Assembly: GCA_038087875.1 (NCBI GenBank)
Contig: CM075992.1
Coordinates: forward strand, 6,202,001 to 6,266,000
Source of the DNA: Malacoraja senta
Lineage: Eukaryota
Reading direction: 5' to 3'
Length of the DNA: 64,000 nt
A program made the translations under genes and the position numbers. This document shows, one piece after another, positions 1-11,892 of this stretch (the stretch's first letter is position 1; each line of letters starts with the position of its first letter). A model generated the notes under the pieces. That model saw only the letters and a program-made list of their open reading frames with translations. It searched no databases and had not been told where the DNA came from.

Positions 1-137
1 GATGGGTGACGTTTCGGGTCGGAACCCTTCTTCAGACTCCATCAGTTTAGTTTAGTTTATTATTATCATCACATGTACCGAGGTACCGTGAAAACCTCGT
101 TATTGCACGCTATCCAGTCAGCAGATAGACTATACAT

Positions 138-494
138 CAGGGGTTCTCAACCAGGGGGGGGGATTCCCCCCAGGGGGGGATTTCAGGTTTTCAGGGGGGG
201 GAATTGGGACCACAGATTAGCAAACTCAAACTGTTAGAATGTTGATCTTTTTATTGCCTTTGAGCTCCCCAGGGCAGCACAAAATTCAGTATGCATCGGT
301 TAGCTGCTATAAAAATAATCCATGTAAAATTGTAAATGTATATGTACTAATATGGAAAAAATAAAGGATTTTCAGTTATGCATATTATTTGGAATGCACT
401 TTTTGAGGCAGACAATCTTGGAAAGGAGGGGGGGAATGACATTCTGACATATGGTGAAAGGGGTGCATGGGGCAAACAAGGTTGAGAACCACTG
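138..494. mobile_element. Non-autonomous hAT (Charlie-like) MITE
   Basis: TIRs CAGGGGTTCTCAACC / GGTTGAGAACCACTG; 8-bp TSD CTATACAT (130-137) / CTATACAC (495-502). Confidence 0.85.
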
Positions 495-514
495 CTATAC
501 ACGATTACAATCAA

Positions 515-690
515 TGTTTAAGAAGGAACTGCAGGTGCTGGAAAATCGAAGGTAGGCAAAAATGCTCGAGAAACTCAGCGGGTGAGGCAGCATCTATGGA
601 GCGAAGGAAATAGGCAACGTTTCAGGCCGAAACGTTGCCTATTTCCTTCGCTCCATAGACGCTGCCTCACCCGCTGAGTTTCTCCTGTAT
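515..690. mobile_element. Penelope 3'-tail insertion forming an inverted repeat
   Basis: Starts TGTTTAAGAAGGAACTGCAG, the reverse complement of the tail end. Arms fold back around ~625. Flanked by the 12-bp direct repeat GATTACAATCAA (503-514, 691-702). Confidence 0.75.
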
Positions 691-1077
691 GATTACAATC
701 AAGCCGTCCACACTGTACAGATACAGGATAAAGGGAATAACATTTAGTGCAAAATAAAGTCCAGTAAAGTCCAACTAAAGATAGCTCGAAGTTCTCCAAT
801 CGGATAGATAGGAGGTCAGAAATACTCTCTGGTTAGTAATAGGATGGTTCAGTTGCCTGATAACAGCTGGGAAGAAACTGTCCCTGAATCTGGAGGTGTG
901 TGTGTTCACCTTTTATTTTAGATTTGTTCAGCTTAGATAGACACAAAATGCTGGAGTAACTCAGCGGGACAGGCAGCATCTCTGGAGAGAAGGAATAGGT
1001 GACGTTTCAGGTTGAGACCCTTCTTCAGACTGAACTAAACTAAACTAAACGCTTTGTGTCGGGTCTTTTCTCATTCA

Positions 1078-1497
1078 TAGAAACATAGAAACATAGAAAA
1101 TAGGTGCAGGAGGAGGCCATTCGGCCCTTCGAGCCAGCACCGCCATTCAATGTAATCATGGCTGATCGTCCCCAATCAATAACCCGTGCCTGCGGATCCC
1201 CATATCCCTTGACTCCACTAGACCCTAGAGCTCTATCTAACTCTCTCTTAAATCCATCCCGTGATTTGGCCTCCAGTGCCCTCTGTGGCAGGGAATTCCA
1301 CAAATTCACAACTCTCTGGGTGAAAAAGTTTTTTCTCACCTCAGTCTTAAATGGCCTCCCCTTTATTCTAAGACTGTGGCCCCCTGGTTCTGGACTCGCC
1401 CAACATTGGGAAAAATTTTCCTGCATCCAGCTTGTCCAGTCCTTTTATAATTTTATATGTTTCTATAAGATCCCCCTCATCCTTCTAAACTCCAGTA
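1078..1497 (-). mobile_element. CR1 LINE 3' fragment
   Basis: ORF 1040-1426 contains KNFFTQRVVNLWNSLP, typical of the CR1 ORF2 C-terminus; (TTTCTATG)n tail. Confidence 0.9.
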
Positions 1498-1979
1498 AAT
1501 TCAGTCTGAAGAAGGGCCCAGACCCGAAGCGTCACCTGCCCATTTGCTACTTGATCCTCTGTTGCAATAGTGTTTTGTGTTTTGCTAAAGGCAACTGTAT
1601 ATTGAGCAGAGGGAAAATATTCACTGGGTGGGGCACATAAGCCCCAGGACATGTTCACTCAGGAACCAGGTGGATGGGAAACAGCAAAAACCATTGTTCT
1701 CACAGAGTTGACTGGTTGGAAACTGACTGAGAATGCATGCCATTTGAATAGAACCCTCCAGGTGCAGGTCTATTTCAGAAGCGTTTTGACATGCGTTGCC
1801 TAATCTCAGATTATTTACTGGGGTTTGATGTCTCAATAACTATTTCACTGTGTCTGAAGCAAACATGAAGCATTATTTGTATATGAGGTCATTGTGCTGT
1901 GGTTGCGTTTTTGGTCACCTTATGTGGGTCTGCTTGGGCACTTGTGTTTGGGTGTGACCTTATGCTTTGACATTTTTAC

Positions 1980-2320
1980 TGCATATGTATGCGTGCGCAC
2001 ATGTATGTGCGTGTGTGTGTGTGTGTGTGTGCGCATGTATGTATGTATGCATGTGTGTTCAGGTCAGTGTTTGTGTGTGCGAGGATGTGTGTGTATGTGT
2101 GTATGTGTGTGCGTGCATGTGTGTGTTCAGGTCAATATTTGCGTGTACGTTTGTTTGTACGTGTGTGTGTTTTTTGTGTGCATGCATGTGTGTGCGTATG
2201 TGCCTGTGAGTGTGCATGAGCGTGTATGCTTGCATGTGTGAGCTTAAGTGTGTGTGCGCATGTGTGCTCCGTGTGTGTGTATGCGCGCATGTGTGCTCTG
2301 TGTGTGTGTATTTACGCATA
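1980..2320. repeat. Degenerate (TG)n microsatellite; similar tracts at 2765-2950, 7440-7770, 11220-11580, 15705-15845, 17020-17250, 38805-39060, 39911-40190, 55203-55660
   Basis: Directly visible alternating TG/CA runs. Confidence 0.95.
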
Positions 2321-2329
2321 GTTTTAGTT

Positions 2330-2762
2330 TCAATTTTAGATTCAGTTTAGTTTATTGTCGCCTGTACCAAGGTACAGTGAAAAGCTTTTGTTGCGTGCTA
2401 ACCAGTCAGTGGAAAGACAATACATGATTACAATCGAGCCATTTACAGTGTATAGATACATGATAAGGGAATAACATTTAGTGCAAGGTAAAGCCAGTAA
2501 AGTCCGATCAAAGTGTTTAAGAAGGAACTGCAGATGCTGGAAAATCGAAGGTACACAAAAATGCTGGAGAAACTCAGCGGGTGCAGCAGCATCTATGGAT
2601 CGAAGGAAATAGGCAATGTTTCATCCGATCAAAGATAGTCAGAGGGTCACCAATGAGGTAGATAGTAGTTCAGGATAGCTCTCTAGTTGTGGTAGGATGG
2701 TTCAGTTGCCTGATAACAGCTGGGAAGAAACTGTCCCTGAATCTGGAGGTGTGCGTTTTCAT
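2330..2762 (-). mobile_element. Rex1/Babar 3' tail with a nested Penelope tail (2514-2623)
   Basis: Same sequence as 45-905. The nested insert is bounded by the direct repeat TCCGATCAAAG. Confidence 0.75.
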
Positions 2763-3119
2763 ACCGTGTGTGTGTTTCGTGTGTGATATGCATGTGTGTT
2801 ATGTGTATTATGTGTGCGTGTTATATGTGTGTGTGCATGTGTGTGTGTGCATGTGTGTGCGTGGGTGTTATATATGTGTGTGTGCATATGTGTGCGTGGG
2901 TGTTATATATATGTGTGTGTGTGTGTGTGTGTTATATATGTGTGTGTGTGTTTGGTTGAATGTGTAAATGAGAAGGTGATACTCATACACCCTCATTATA
3001 TCTTGCTACCATTGGTTTTAAGTGGGATGTAAGTGTTCTACCGAAGATAGACACAAAATGCTGGGGTAATTTAAGTAACCCAGCAGGTCAGGCAGCATCC
3101 CTGTAGAAAAAGTATTGGT

Positions 3120-3792
3120 GATGCAGGTTCAGCAGGCAGTGAAGAAAGCAAATGGCATGTTGGCCTTTATAACCAGAGGAGTTGAGTATAAGAGCTAAGA
3201 GGTCCTTCTGCAGTTGTGCAGGGCCATAGTGAGACCACACCTGGAGTATTGTGTACAGTTTTGTTCCCCTAATTTGAGGAAGGACATTTTTGCTATTGAG
3301 GAAGTGCAGCGTAGTTTTACAAGGTTAATTCCCGGGATGGGGGGACTGTCATATGCTGAGAGAATAGAGCGGCTGGGCTTGTATACTCTGGAGTATAGAA
3401 GAGGGGATCTTATTGAAACATATAAGATTATTAAGGGTTTGGACATGCTAGAAGCAGGAAACATGTTCCCGATGTTGGGGGAGTCCAGAACCAGGGCCAT
3501 AGTTTAAGAATAAGGAGTAAGCCATTTAGGAGACGAGGAAACACTTTTTCTCACAGAGAGTTGTGAGTCTGTGGAATTCTCTGCCTCAGAGGGTGGAGGC
3601 CGGTTCTCTGGATACTTTCAAGAGAGAGCTAGATAGGGCTCTTAAAGATAGCAGAGTCAGGGGATATGGGGAGAAGGCAGGAACGGGGTATTGATTGGAG
3701 ATGATCAGCCATGATCACATTGAATGGCAGTGCTGGCTCGAAGGGCCAAATGGCCTACTCCTGCACCTATTGTCTATTGTCTATTGTCTATT
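3120..3792 (+). mobile_element. CR1 LINE 3' fragment
   Basis: ORF 3214-3507 reads VRPHLEYCVQF...RGDLIETYKI; (CTATTGT)n tail. Confidence 0.9.
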
Positions 3793-4412
3793 GACGTTTC
3801 AGGTCAGAACCTTTCTTCAGACTGAAAGTAGAAAGAAGGGAGGAAATAAACTGGAGGAACTAAGTATTCTATATTCTATTAATCAAAAAGTATTCTACTT
3901 GCAGCAAACAGTCTAATTTAGGATTGTGTGATTAGTGGGAGGGAGAGAGGGGTTACATGCTTTATTTTGCTGCTGAACAGGGCTGTTAGAAATAAGTTCT
4001 CATGTTCTCCTTAAACATATGAGACCAAGTATGCAGGGAAGCGTTTGTTGAGAGTCTGAATACGGGTCTCGACCTGAAAAGTCACCCATTCCTTCTCTCC
4101 AGAAGATGCTGCCTATCCCGCTGAGTTATGGGCCTGTCCCACTTAGGCGATTTTTTTAGGCAACTACAGGCGACTAGTTTGTCGCCACATGTTCGTCGGT
4201 GGTCGCCGGGAGTCGTCTCCTCAGTCGCGCAAAAAGTCGTAGCGTCTTTCTGGTCATCGCTAAATTTTCAACATGCTGAAATTTTTCGCCGACAGTGGGT
4301 TTGAAGCCAATGAGCGTAGCTTGACTTCTCCTGACGTAGGGCTGTCGGAGGTTGTCGCCAGGATGACATAGGTTGTCGCCGGTTTTTCGGCGAACTGCTA
4401 CGACTATGACAG

Positions 4413-5577
4413 TAGTTCAAGGTCCTTCTTTTTGTTTACAAAAGCCCTTAACGGGCTTGCCCCCACCTACATGGTGGGGGCAAGCCCGTCAGTCATTGAA
4501 AAGTAGGCATGCCACCCACCAGTCATTGAAAGTAGGCATGCAGGTGCAGCAGGCAGTGAAGGAAAGCGAATGGTATGTTAGCTTTCATAGCAAAAGGATT
4601 TGAGTATAGGAGCAGGGAGGTTCTACTGCAGTTGTACAGGGTCTTGGTGAGACCACACCTGGTGTATTGCGTACAGTTTTGGTCTCAAATCTGAGGAAGG
4701 ACATTATTGCCATAGAGGGAGTGCAGAGAAGGTTCACCAGACTGATTCCTGGGATGTCAGGACTGTCTTATGAAGAAAGACTGATAGACTTGGTTTATAC
4801 TCTCTAGAATTTAGGAGATTGAGAGGGGATCTTATAGAAATTCTTAAGGGGTTGACAGGCTAGATGCAGAAGATTGCTCCCGATGTTGGGGAAGTCCAGG
4901 ACAAGGGTTCACAGCTTAAGGATAAGGGGGAAATCCTTTAAAACCGAGATGAGAAGAACTTTTTTCACACAGAGAGTGGTAAATCTCTGGAACTCTCTGC
5001 CACAGAGGGTAGTCGAGGCCAGTTCATTGGCTATATTTAAGAGGGAGTTAGATGTGCCCTTGTGGCTAAAGGGATCAGAGGTTATGGAGAGAAGGCAGGT
5101 ACGGGATACTGAGTTGGATGATCAGCCATGATCATATTGAATGGCGGTGCAGGCTCGAAGGGCCGAATGGCCTACTCCTGCACCTAATTTCTATGTTTCT
5201 ATGTTTACATCAAAAATCTGCTTTCCCACCACACCACCAGGTCCCTCAGATCGGCCGACTTGGGGTTACTGAACATCCCGCGGTCTAGGCATAAGCTCAG
5301 GGGTGACCGCGCCTTTGCGGTTGCAGCTCCTAGACTGTGGAACAGCATCCCTCTTCCCATCAGAACTGCCCCCTCCATCGAGTCCTTTAAGTCGAGACTT
5401 AAAACTTATTTCTACTCTCAAGCCTTTCTTGAGGTCCTCTGAGGGAGCGCTGTATGTATGTATTTATGTATGTAGTGTTGATCTATGTACCACTGTATGT
5501 AGCATGTTAGTACCTGCACTGATGTAAAGCACTTTGGTCAACGAGAGTTGTTTTTCAATGTGCTATAGAAATAAAAT
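4413..5577 (+). mobile_element. L2 LINE 3' end (4413-4472 and 5206-5577), split by a CR1 insertion
   Basis: The two parts join to FKVLLFVYK.LNGLAPTYI|KNLL...RSLRSADLGLLNIPRSRHKLRGDRAFAVAAPRLWNSIP...FKSRLKTYF. TACAT is duplicated at 4468-4472 and 5206-5210. Confidence 0.85.
4516..5205 (+). mobile_element. CR1 LINE 3' fragment (young subfamily, near-identical to 10181-10887)
   Basis: Visible near-identity to the copy at 10105-10887; FFTQRVVNLWNSLP motif. Confidence 0.9.
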
Positions 5578-6034
5578 TGCCTAGTTGCCTTAAAAAATCG
5601 CCAAGTGGGGCAGGCATTTTGTGTCTATCTTAGGTTCCCATGGACAATGGGCTGCTGAACAAGTTCTGAATGAAGATAGAAGCGTTGTATGCAAGCCAGC
5701 AAGGTGAACAGGTGAGATGCCACAGGGCTCAGACCTGGGATGGCGGTTAGCTGTAATCTGCCTCCACGAGTTACCTGAAGAAACTAAGTGTAACCCATTC
5801 CAGTTTGCAGGTGAGACAAAGAGAGGTGGGGTAACAGGTTAGGCAAAAACGCAAAGAATGTGCAAAAACTAAGATGGGTTTAAGCAAATTGACAAACAGA
5901 TGGCAGATAAGATGTGTTGCGGGAAAAGCAGGGAACAGGATCTGAAGGATAAGCTTCATTGCACAGAGAGTATTTGATATTTGGAACATGCTACCAGGCA
6001 GGTAATGATTCAGATACAATCACTGTGTTTAAGA

Positions 6035-6250
6035 CACATTTTTATTTTATTAGCGAATGCAAATTCCTTTAGCCAAGCAGTTGCCTCTTGATCTGCTGTA
6101 TGAAGGGTGACAAGTCCTCCTTTAAGTCTTTTTTGAGGGCATGCTTCAATGATGTGTTGCATTGTTTGCTGCTCTCCACAAGCACACCGTGGGGTTGGCT
6201 GCCTGCCCCATTTGTGAAGGCTGGCCAAGCAGGGGCACATTGAAGCAGAC
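6035..6250 (-). mobile_element. Vingi/Ingi-like non-LTR retrotransposon ORF C-terminus
   Basis: ORF 6010-6306 contains LASLHKWG...CACGEQQTMQHIIEACP...GGLVTLH...AWL, a CCHC-type C-terminal motif. It is followed by an A-rich tail. Confidence 0.6.
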
Positions 6251-6479
6251 ACATGAATAAGGGGCGGTAGAGTTGCTGCCTTACAGCGCCAGGGACCCAG
6301 GTTCAATCCTGACTACGGGTGCTGTCTGTACAGAGTTTGTACATTCTCTCTGTGACCTGTGTGAGTTTTCTCCCGAGATATTCGGTTTCCTCAACCTCAG
6401 ATGTTATCTATTCTTCCTTTCTCCACACATGCTGGCTAACAGCTGAGTATCAGTGAGGAGGTTCTCCCTTTTTTCAGAC

Positions 6480-6778
6480 TGTAGAGATACAGCAGCAAAC
6501 AGGCCCTTCGCCCCACTGAGTCAGCCTCGACCGACAATCACCCGTACACTAGCACTATCCTACACACACTAGGGACAATTTACGATTCCACAAGCCAAAT
6601 AACCTACGAACCTGTACGTCTTTTGGAGTGTTGGAGGAAACCGGAGCACCCGGAGGAAACCCACGCAGGTCCACTCGGAGAACGTACGGACGAACGAACA
6701 TACAGATCATACCCATAGTCGGGATGGAACCCGGATTTCTAGGGCTAAGGCAGCAACTCTACCACTGCGCCACCATGC
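6480..6778 (-). mobile_element. V-SINE (HE1-like)
   Basis: tRNA-like head with A/B boxes, V-domain core and CR1-like tail GGGCCTGTTT. Confidence 0.85.
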
Positions 6779-7084
6779 TGTCAAGTGTCCAAGTGTCTAG
6801 ATAACTGACCAAGAGATAGTCCACCCTGTGCAAGTGCGGTTCTATCTCTCTCCGATACAAATATGTGGTGACATTGGAGCTTTGTTTAACCATGGGGTCA
6901 TGCGTGTAAAGAGGGTAGAGCCAGAGGGGCAGACATGCAGCCCTGAAATGCACCTGCGTGAATGGTCAGGGACGAGACGCTCAGTGTGCAGAAGTGTCTC
7001 GACCCTAAACGCCTCCCATTCCTTCTCCCCAGAGATGCTGCCCTGTCCCGCTGAGCTACTCCAGCACTTGGCGCCTATCTTCAA

Positions 7085-7220
7085 GAAGATGTTCCTGATC
7101 CCCGGTTACTGAGGTCTGTCGATGGGGAGGTTGGAGGATCCAGTTGCCCAGGGAGGTATCGAGGTCCAGGTCCTGGTGATGAGTTTGGAGGGGGTGATGG
7201 TGAACAACAGCCTGACTGAT
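7085..7220 (-). mobile_element. Rex1/Babar RT fragment (degenerate)
   Basis: Minus-strand frames give ITPSKLIT and LDTSLGNWIL...DRPQ, motifs that follow RT domain 3. Confidence 0.55.
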
Positions 7221-7657
7221 GGCATGTGGGCCCTGTATCTGTCCCTCGCCGGTCCCGAGCAGAGAGAGGAGCCAGTGAGACAGCGTCTGTTGTTGCCCTG
7301 AGTCGCCACAGGGAAGCTGAATCAACAAGGTCATGCCTGAGGCAAGATTTGTTTCCCCCTCAACCACTCTCTTGAGGTATTGCATTATGGTGGGGTTTAA
7401 TTGCCACAGGATGGTAGTCACTGAGGGAGGTGATTTAGGTGTACGAGTGTGCTTGTATGTGTACATGTGTAAGTTGGGATGTATGGGTGGGTGACAAGGT
7501 GTGTGGGCATGAGGGAGATATCTATATGTGGGTGTGTGTGGATGTGTCTGTGTGTGTGTGTGTGTTGTATTTGTGTGTGTGTGTGCATGTGTGTAAGCGT
7601 GTGTGGGGTTTTGTGTGTGTGTGTGTGTGTGTCTCCGTGTGTGTGTGTGTGTGTGTC

Positions 7658-7771
<114 letters not shown>

Positions 7772-8278
7772 GTGGAGGTGTCTGTGTGATGTTCCCATGC
7801 TTTGTGGATTCACACCCTCAGCAGGAATCGACACGTTTCAGGAGACTAGCCAGGAGGGAGAGTTGACTATATTTTTGTTTGTTATTCTTGCCGTCCCACC
7901 CAGCACTGGGAGGAAGGAATGCAGAAGCCTGTCAGCACATCTTCCAACTCACCACAGACGCTGACTCACATATCGATCACATCTGTGCAGACAGCACACT
8001 CACCCACTGCCACCCCGGACACAATAGACCCTCCCACAGACCACGGCAGGGGTCAGGAACACCCGCTGCCCCCCCCCCCCCCCACCACGTCCCACCAGAA
8101 CCAACTCAGCCAACGGTCCAGGCTGCCGCGAACAAAGAGGACTCTTTGACCGAAGAAGGGTCTCGACCCGAAACGTCACCCAATCCTTCTCTCCAGAGAT
8201 GCTGCCAGTTCCCGCTGAGTTACTCCAGCATTTTGTGACTGTCTTTGAGAACAAAGAGGCGTAAATAAAATTCTTTAG

Positions 8279-8588
8279 GGGCGGCACAGTGGCGCAGCGG
8301 TAGAGTTGCTGCCTTACTGAGCAAGAGACCAGGGTTCGATCCTGACTAAGGGCGCTGTCTGTACGGAGTTTGAACGTTCTCTCCGTGACCGAGTGGCTTT
8401 TCTCCGGGTGCTCCAGTTTCCTCCCGCATTCCAAAGACGTGCAGGTTTGTAGGCTAATTGGTTTCGGTGAATTGTAAATTGTCCCGGGTGGGTAGGATAG
8501 TGATAGTGTACGGCATCGCTGGTCGGCACGGACTCGGTGGGCCGAAGGGCCTGTTTCCGTGCTGTATCTCTAAACTAAACTAAACTAA
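8279..8588 (+). mobile_element. Full-length V-SINE (HE1-like)
   Basis: A box GGCGGCACAGTGGCGCAGCGG, B box GGTTCGATCC, core GTTCTCTCCGTGACC...GTTTCCTCCC, tail GGTGGGCCGAAGGGCCTGTTTCC and (TAAAC)n. About 30 copies or fragments occur in the window. Confidence 0.9.
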
Positions 8589-9071
8589 GAGGCACATGGC
8601 GTGGTGGGGCCCACTGAGAACAAAGAGAGACCATTGGGGACTAGAAAGAACATTTTGTAACTTTGTCAGCATCCTTTATGTGGCGACCCTTTGCATACCT
8701 TGGGTATGGTACGCAGAACAATCGACAATCATAAAGAGATCAATCAATCAATTGATCGATCGATCATTCGATCAATCAATCGATCGATCAATCGCCAGTT
8801 TATAAGCCCACCTCTATCAGATTCTTGCATGGATGTAGTGCATCGGTCCTTACTCCAAGGCACAGAGCATTGGGTTGTAGTGGCTCAGGCTCATTTGCAG
8901 CCTTTGCCCTGGAGTGTATCTGTCAAACCAGTAATACGAGTATGTGGGCAGGGAAACAAATAGTTAGAACCATACCGGGTGCAAGAGAGGGACAGGAGAG
9001 TCCCATTGGACATTTCGTAGAACAGTACAGGACAGGAACGGGCCTTACTGTTTGTGCCAAAGATGTTACCT

Positions 9072-9590
9072 GGCTGAAGCTCGGTGCAGCCAACGCCAAG
9101 GCTCGACTGGGAAGGATCACAGTCTAGGTTCATTCCGCTGCTGAACATGGGGGGCAGAGTGTGGTGGAGACGCCCCTCAAAATAAGTAAGTAAGTAAGTA
9201 AGTTTATTGGCCAAGTATTTCTGAAGAAGGGTTTTGGCCCGAAACGTTACCTATTTCCTTCGCTCCATAGATGCTGCTGCACCCGCTGAGTTTCTCCAGC
9301 ATTTTTGTGTACCTTCACATACAAGGAATTTGCCTTGGTGCTCCGCCCACAAGTAACAACATGACATACAGTGACAGTTACGAATGACAGAAACCACTAA
9401 ACAGTAAGGGAAGGGATCCCATGCCAGTGGGCCACATGAGTGGCAAGGGTATGGGGTAAAATTGTGATTTGGGGAAACTGTATTGAATGTATGTATAGCC
9501 TCCGAGAATGTTGGATGGAGTTTTGTAAGGATCATGTATTGTATATAATTATTTCTCAAATAAAGTATATTTTGAAATATATATTTTTTT
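9072..9590 (+). mobile_element. Tx1 (L1-clade) 3' end with a nested LINE tail and Penelope tail (9187-9403)
   Basis: Matches 12465-12756. The insertion is bounded by TAAG repeats. Confidence 0.8.
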
Positions 9591-10104
9591 AAACTGCTCT
9601 CATCTGCCTGCATGTGATCCACATCCCTCAGTTCCCCACCCAAACGCTTCTGTTTCTAGTGTTGTGCAGTGTTCAAGAGACAGGAGGTTGCTGGGAAGAA
9701 GCTGCCCTTGAACCTGGTGGTCAGGGTGTCCATTCTCCCGTACCTTCTTCCCGATGGTGGGCGGGAGGTTCCGCGGATCCCATCCTGCCGGGTTTCCCAA
9801 ATGCAGAACAACTTTGCTTCCCATCCCCCCCTCCCCACCTCCATTCCTCTACCATCCAAACACAGGCCCACACTGCGGGAACAGAGTTGGTTAAAAAAGC
9901 CAGCAAGCTACCCCAAGGGCTACGTGCTTCCATGTTATAGGAAAGATGTTGTCAAGCTGGAAAGGATGCAGAGAATATTCACAAGGATTTTTCCAGGCCT
10001 CGGGGGCCTGAGCTATAGAGAGAGGGTGAGCAGGCTAGGACTCTAATCCTTGGAGCGCAGGAGGATGAGGTATGATCTTATATAGGTGTACAAAATCATG
10101 AAAG

Positions 10105-10887
10105 CAGGAAAGCAGACTATTTTCTAAATGGTGGCCGACTAGGAAAAGGGGAGATGCAGCGAGACCTGGGTGTCATGGTACACCAGTCATTGAAAGTAGG
10201 CATGCAGGTGCAGCAGGCAGTGAAGAAAGCGAATGGTATGTTAGCCTTCATAGCAAAAGGATTTGAGTATAGGAGCAGGGAGGTTCTACTGCAGTTGTAC
10301 AGGGTCTTGGTGAGACCACACCTGGAGTATTGCGTACAGTTTTGGTCTCCAAATCTGAGGAAGGACATTATTGCCATAGAGGGAGTGCAGAGAAGGTTCA
10401 CCAGACTGATTCCTGGGATGTCAGGACTGTCTTATGAAGAAAGACTGGATAGACTTGGTTTATACTCTCTAGAATTTAGGAGATTGAGAGGGGATCTTAT
10501 AGAAACTTACAAAATTCTTAAGGGGTTGGACAGGCTAGATGCAGGAAGATTGCTCCCGATGTTGGGGAAGTCCAGGACAAGGGGTCACAGCTTAAGGATA
10601 AGGGGGAAATCCTTTAAAACCGAGATGAGAATAACTTTTTTCACACAGAGAGTGGTGAATCTCTGGAACTCTCTGCCACAGAGGGTAGTCGAGGCCAGTT
10701 CATTGGCTATATTTAAGAGGGAGCTAGATGTGGCCCTTGTGGCTAAAGGGATCAGAGGGTATGGAGAGAAGGCAGGTACGGGATACTGAGTTGGATGATC
10801 AGCCATGATCATATTGAATGGCGGTGCAGGCTCGAAGGGCCGAATGGCCTACTCCTGCACCTAATTTCTATGTTTCTATGTTTCTAT
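10105..10887 (+). mobile_element. CR1 LINE 3' part with an uninterrupted 211-aa ORF2 C-terminus, inserted inside an older CR1 (9915-10104, 10888-11205)
   Basis: ORF 10154-10789 reads RDLGV...VRPHLEYCVQFWSP...LYSLEFRRLRGDLIETYKI...RVVNLWNSLP; (TTTCTATG)n tail. Confidence 0.92.
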
Positions 10888-11892
10888 GAAAGGACCAGAT
10901 CAGGAAAATACACACTCTTGCCCAGAGGAGGTGAATCGAGAACCAGGAGACATAGGTTTAAGGTGAAGAGGGAAAGATTTAATAGGAATCTGAGGGTAAC
11001 TTTTTCACGCAAAGGGTGGTAGGTGTATGGAACAAGCTGCCGGAGCAGGTAGTTTAAGAAACATTTAGACAGGTACATGGATAGGACAGATTTACAGGGA
11101 TATGGACCAAATGCAGGCACGGACCAGTATAGATGGGACATGTTGGCTGGTGTGGACAAGTTGGGCTGAAGGGCCTGTTTCTACACTGTATGACTCTATG
11201 TCTATGACCATTGTGTATTTATGTGTGCGTGTGCATGTGGATATGTGTGGACAAGTTGCATGTGGATAGGTGTGGACAAGGTGTGGACAAGTGTGCATGT
11301 GGATAGGTGTGGACAAGTTGGGCTGAAGGGCCTGTTTCTACACTGTATGACTCTATGTCTATGACCATTGTGTATTTATGTGTGCGTGTGCATGTGGATA
11401 TGTGTGTGTGTGTACGTGTGTGTGGATATGTGTGTGTGTACGTGTATGTGTGTATGTGTGCGTGTATGTGTGTGTGGATATGTGTGCGTGTGAACATGTG
11501 TGTGTGCGTGTGTGTGCGTGTGCGTGTGTGTGTACATGTGTGAACATGTGTGTGTACGTGTGTGTGTATGTGTGTGTGGGCAGAGCTGTGATCTGCTTGA
11601 GAGTCAGGTGATATGACACAAGGAACTGCAAATGTCGGTTTACAAAAAAAATGACACAATGTGCTGGAGTAACCCAACGGGTCAGGCAGCATCTCTGGAG
11701 AGCATGGATATGCATAGCACTAAGCTCTCCTGGTTATTTCTCAGCTAGTTCCTCCAGCATTTTCCACCATATGGTGACCCAGCCTATTCGAAGGGGAGTG
11801 CCTCCACCATGTACTGCTGTCAGGTTCTGAGCTTGTCCAGTGCGTGGGAATCATGGACGAGCCTCAGGCCTTGAGATAATGGCTGCTGTCCA

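Larger units (their letters stand above)
45..905 (-). mobile_element. Rex1/Babar-type LINE 3' end (non-coding tail plus last codons), interrupted by a hAT MITE and a Penelope tail
   Basis: The minus strand at ~860-895 encodes RFRDSFFPAVIRQLN, a Rex1/Babar ORF2 C-terminus. The 3' stem-loop tail TGTACCGAGGTAC and the (TAAAC)n end are present. Related copies lie at 2330-2762, 20100-20860, 29715-30125, 57495-57690 and 61680-61935. Confidence 0.75.
4130..5615. mobile_element. MITE of the GGGCCTGTCCCAC-TIR family (Harbinger/Kolobok-like), split by nested L2 and CR1
   Basis: Left end GGGCCTGTCCCACTTAGGCGATTTTTTTAGGCAACTA; right end TAGTTGCCTTAAAAAATCGCCAAGTGGGGCAGGC. Confidence 0.7.

Noticed and set aside
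1894..3032. Cys/Val-, His/Thr-, Glu/Arg- and Leu/Ser-rich ORFs (also at 7.4-7.9, 17, 21, 39-40, 49 and 54.5-56.3 kb)
   Set aside because: They are translations of microsatellites that lack stop codons.
8279..8350. tRNA genes at SINE heads
   Set aside because: A/B boxes are present, but there is no complete cloverleaf or terminator and they run directly into the V-SINE core.
10154..10789. 211-aa open ORF as a host gene
   Set aside because: It is the CR1 ORF2 C-terminus of a 5'-truncated copy.
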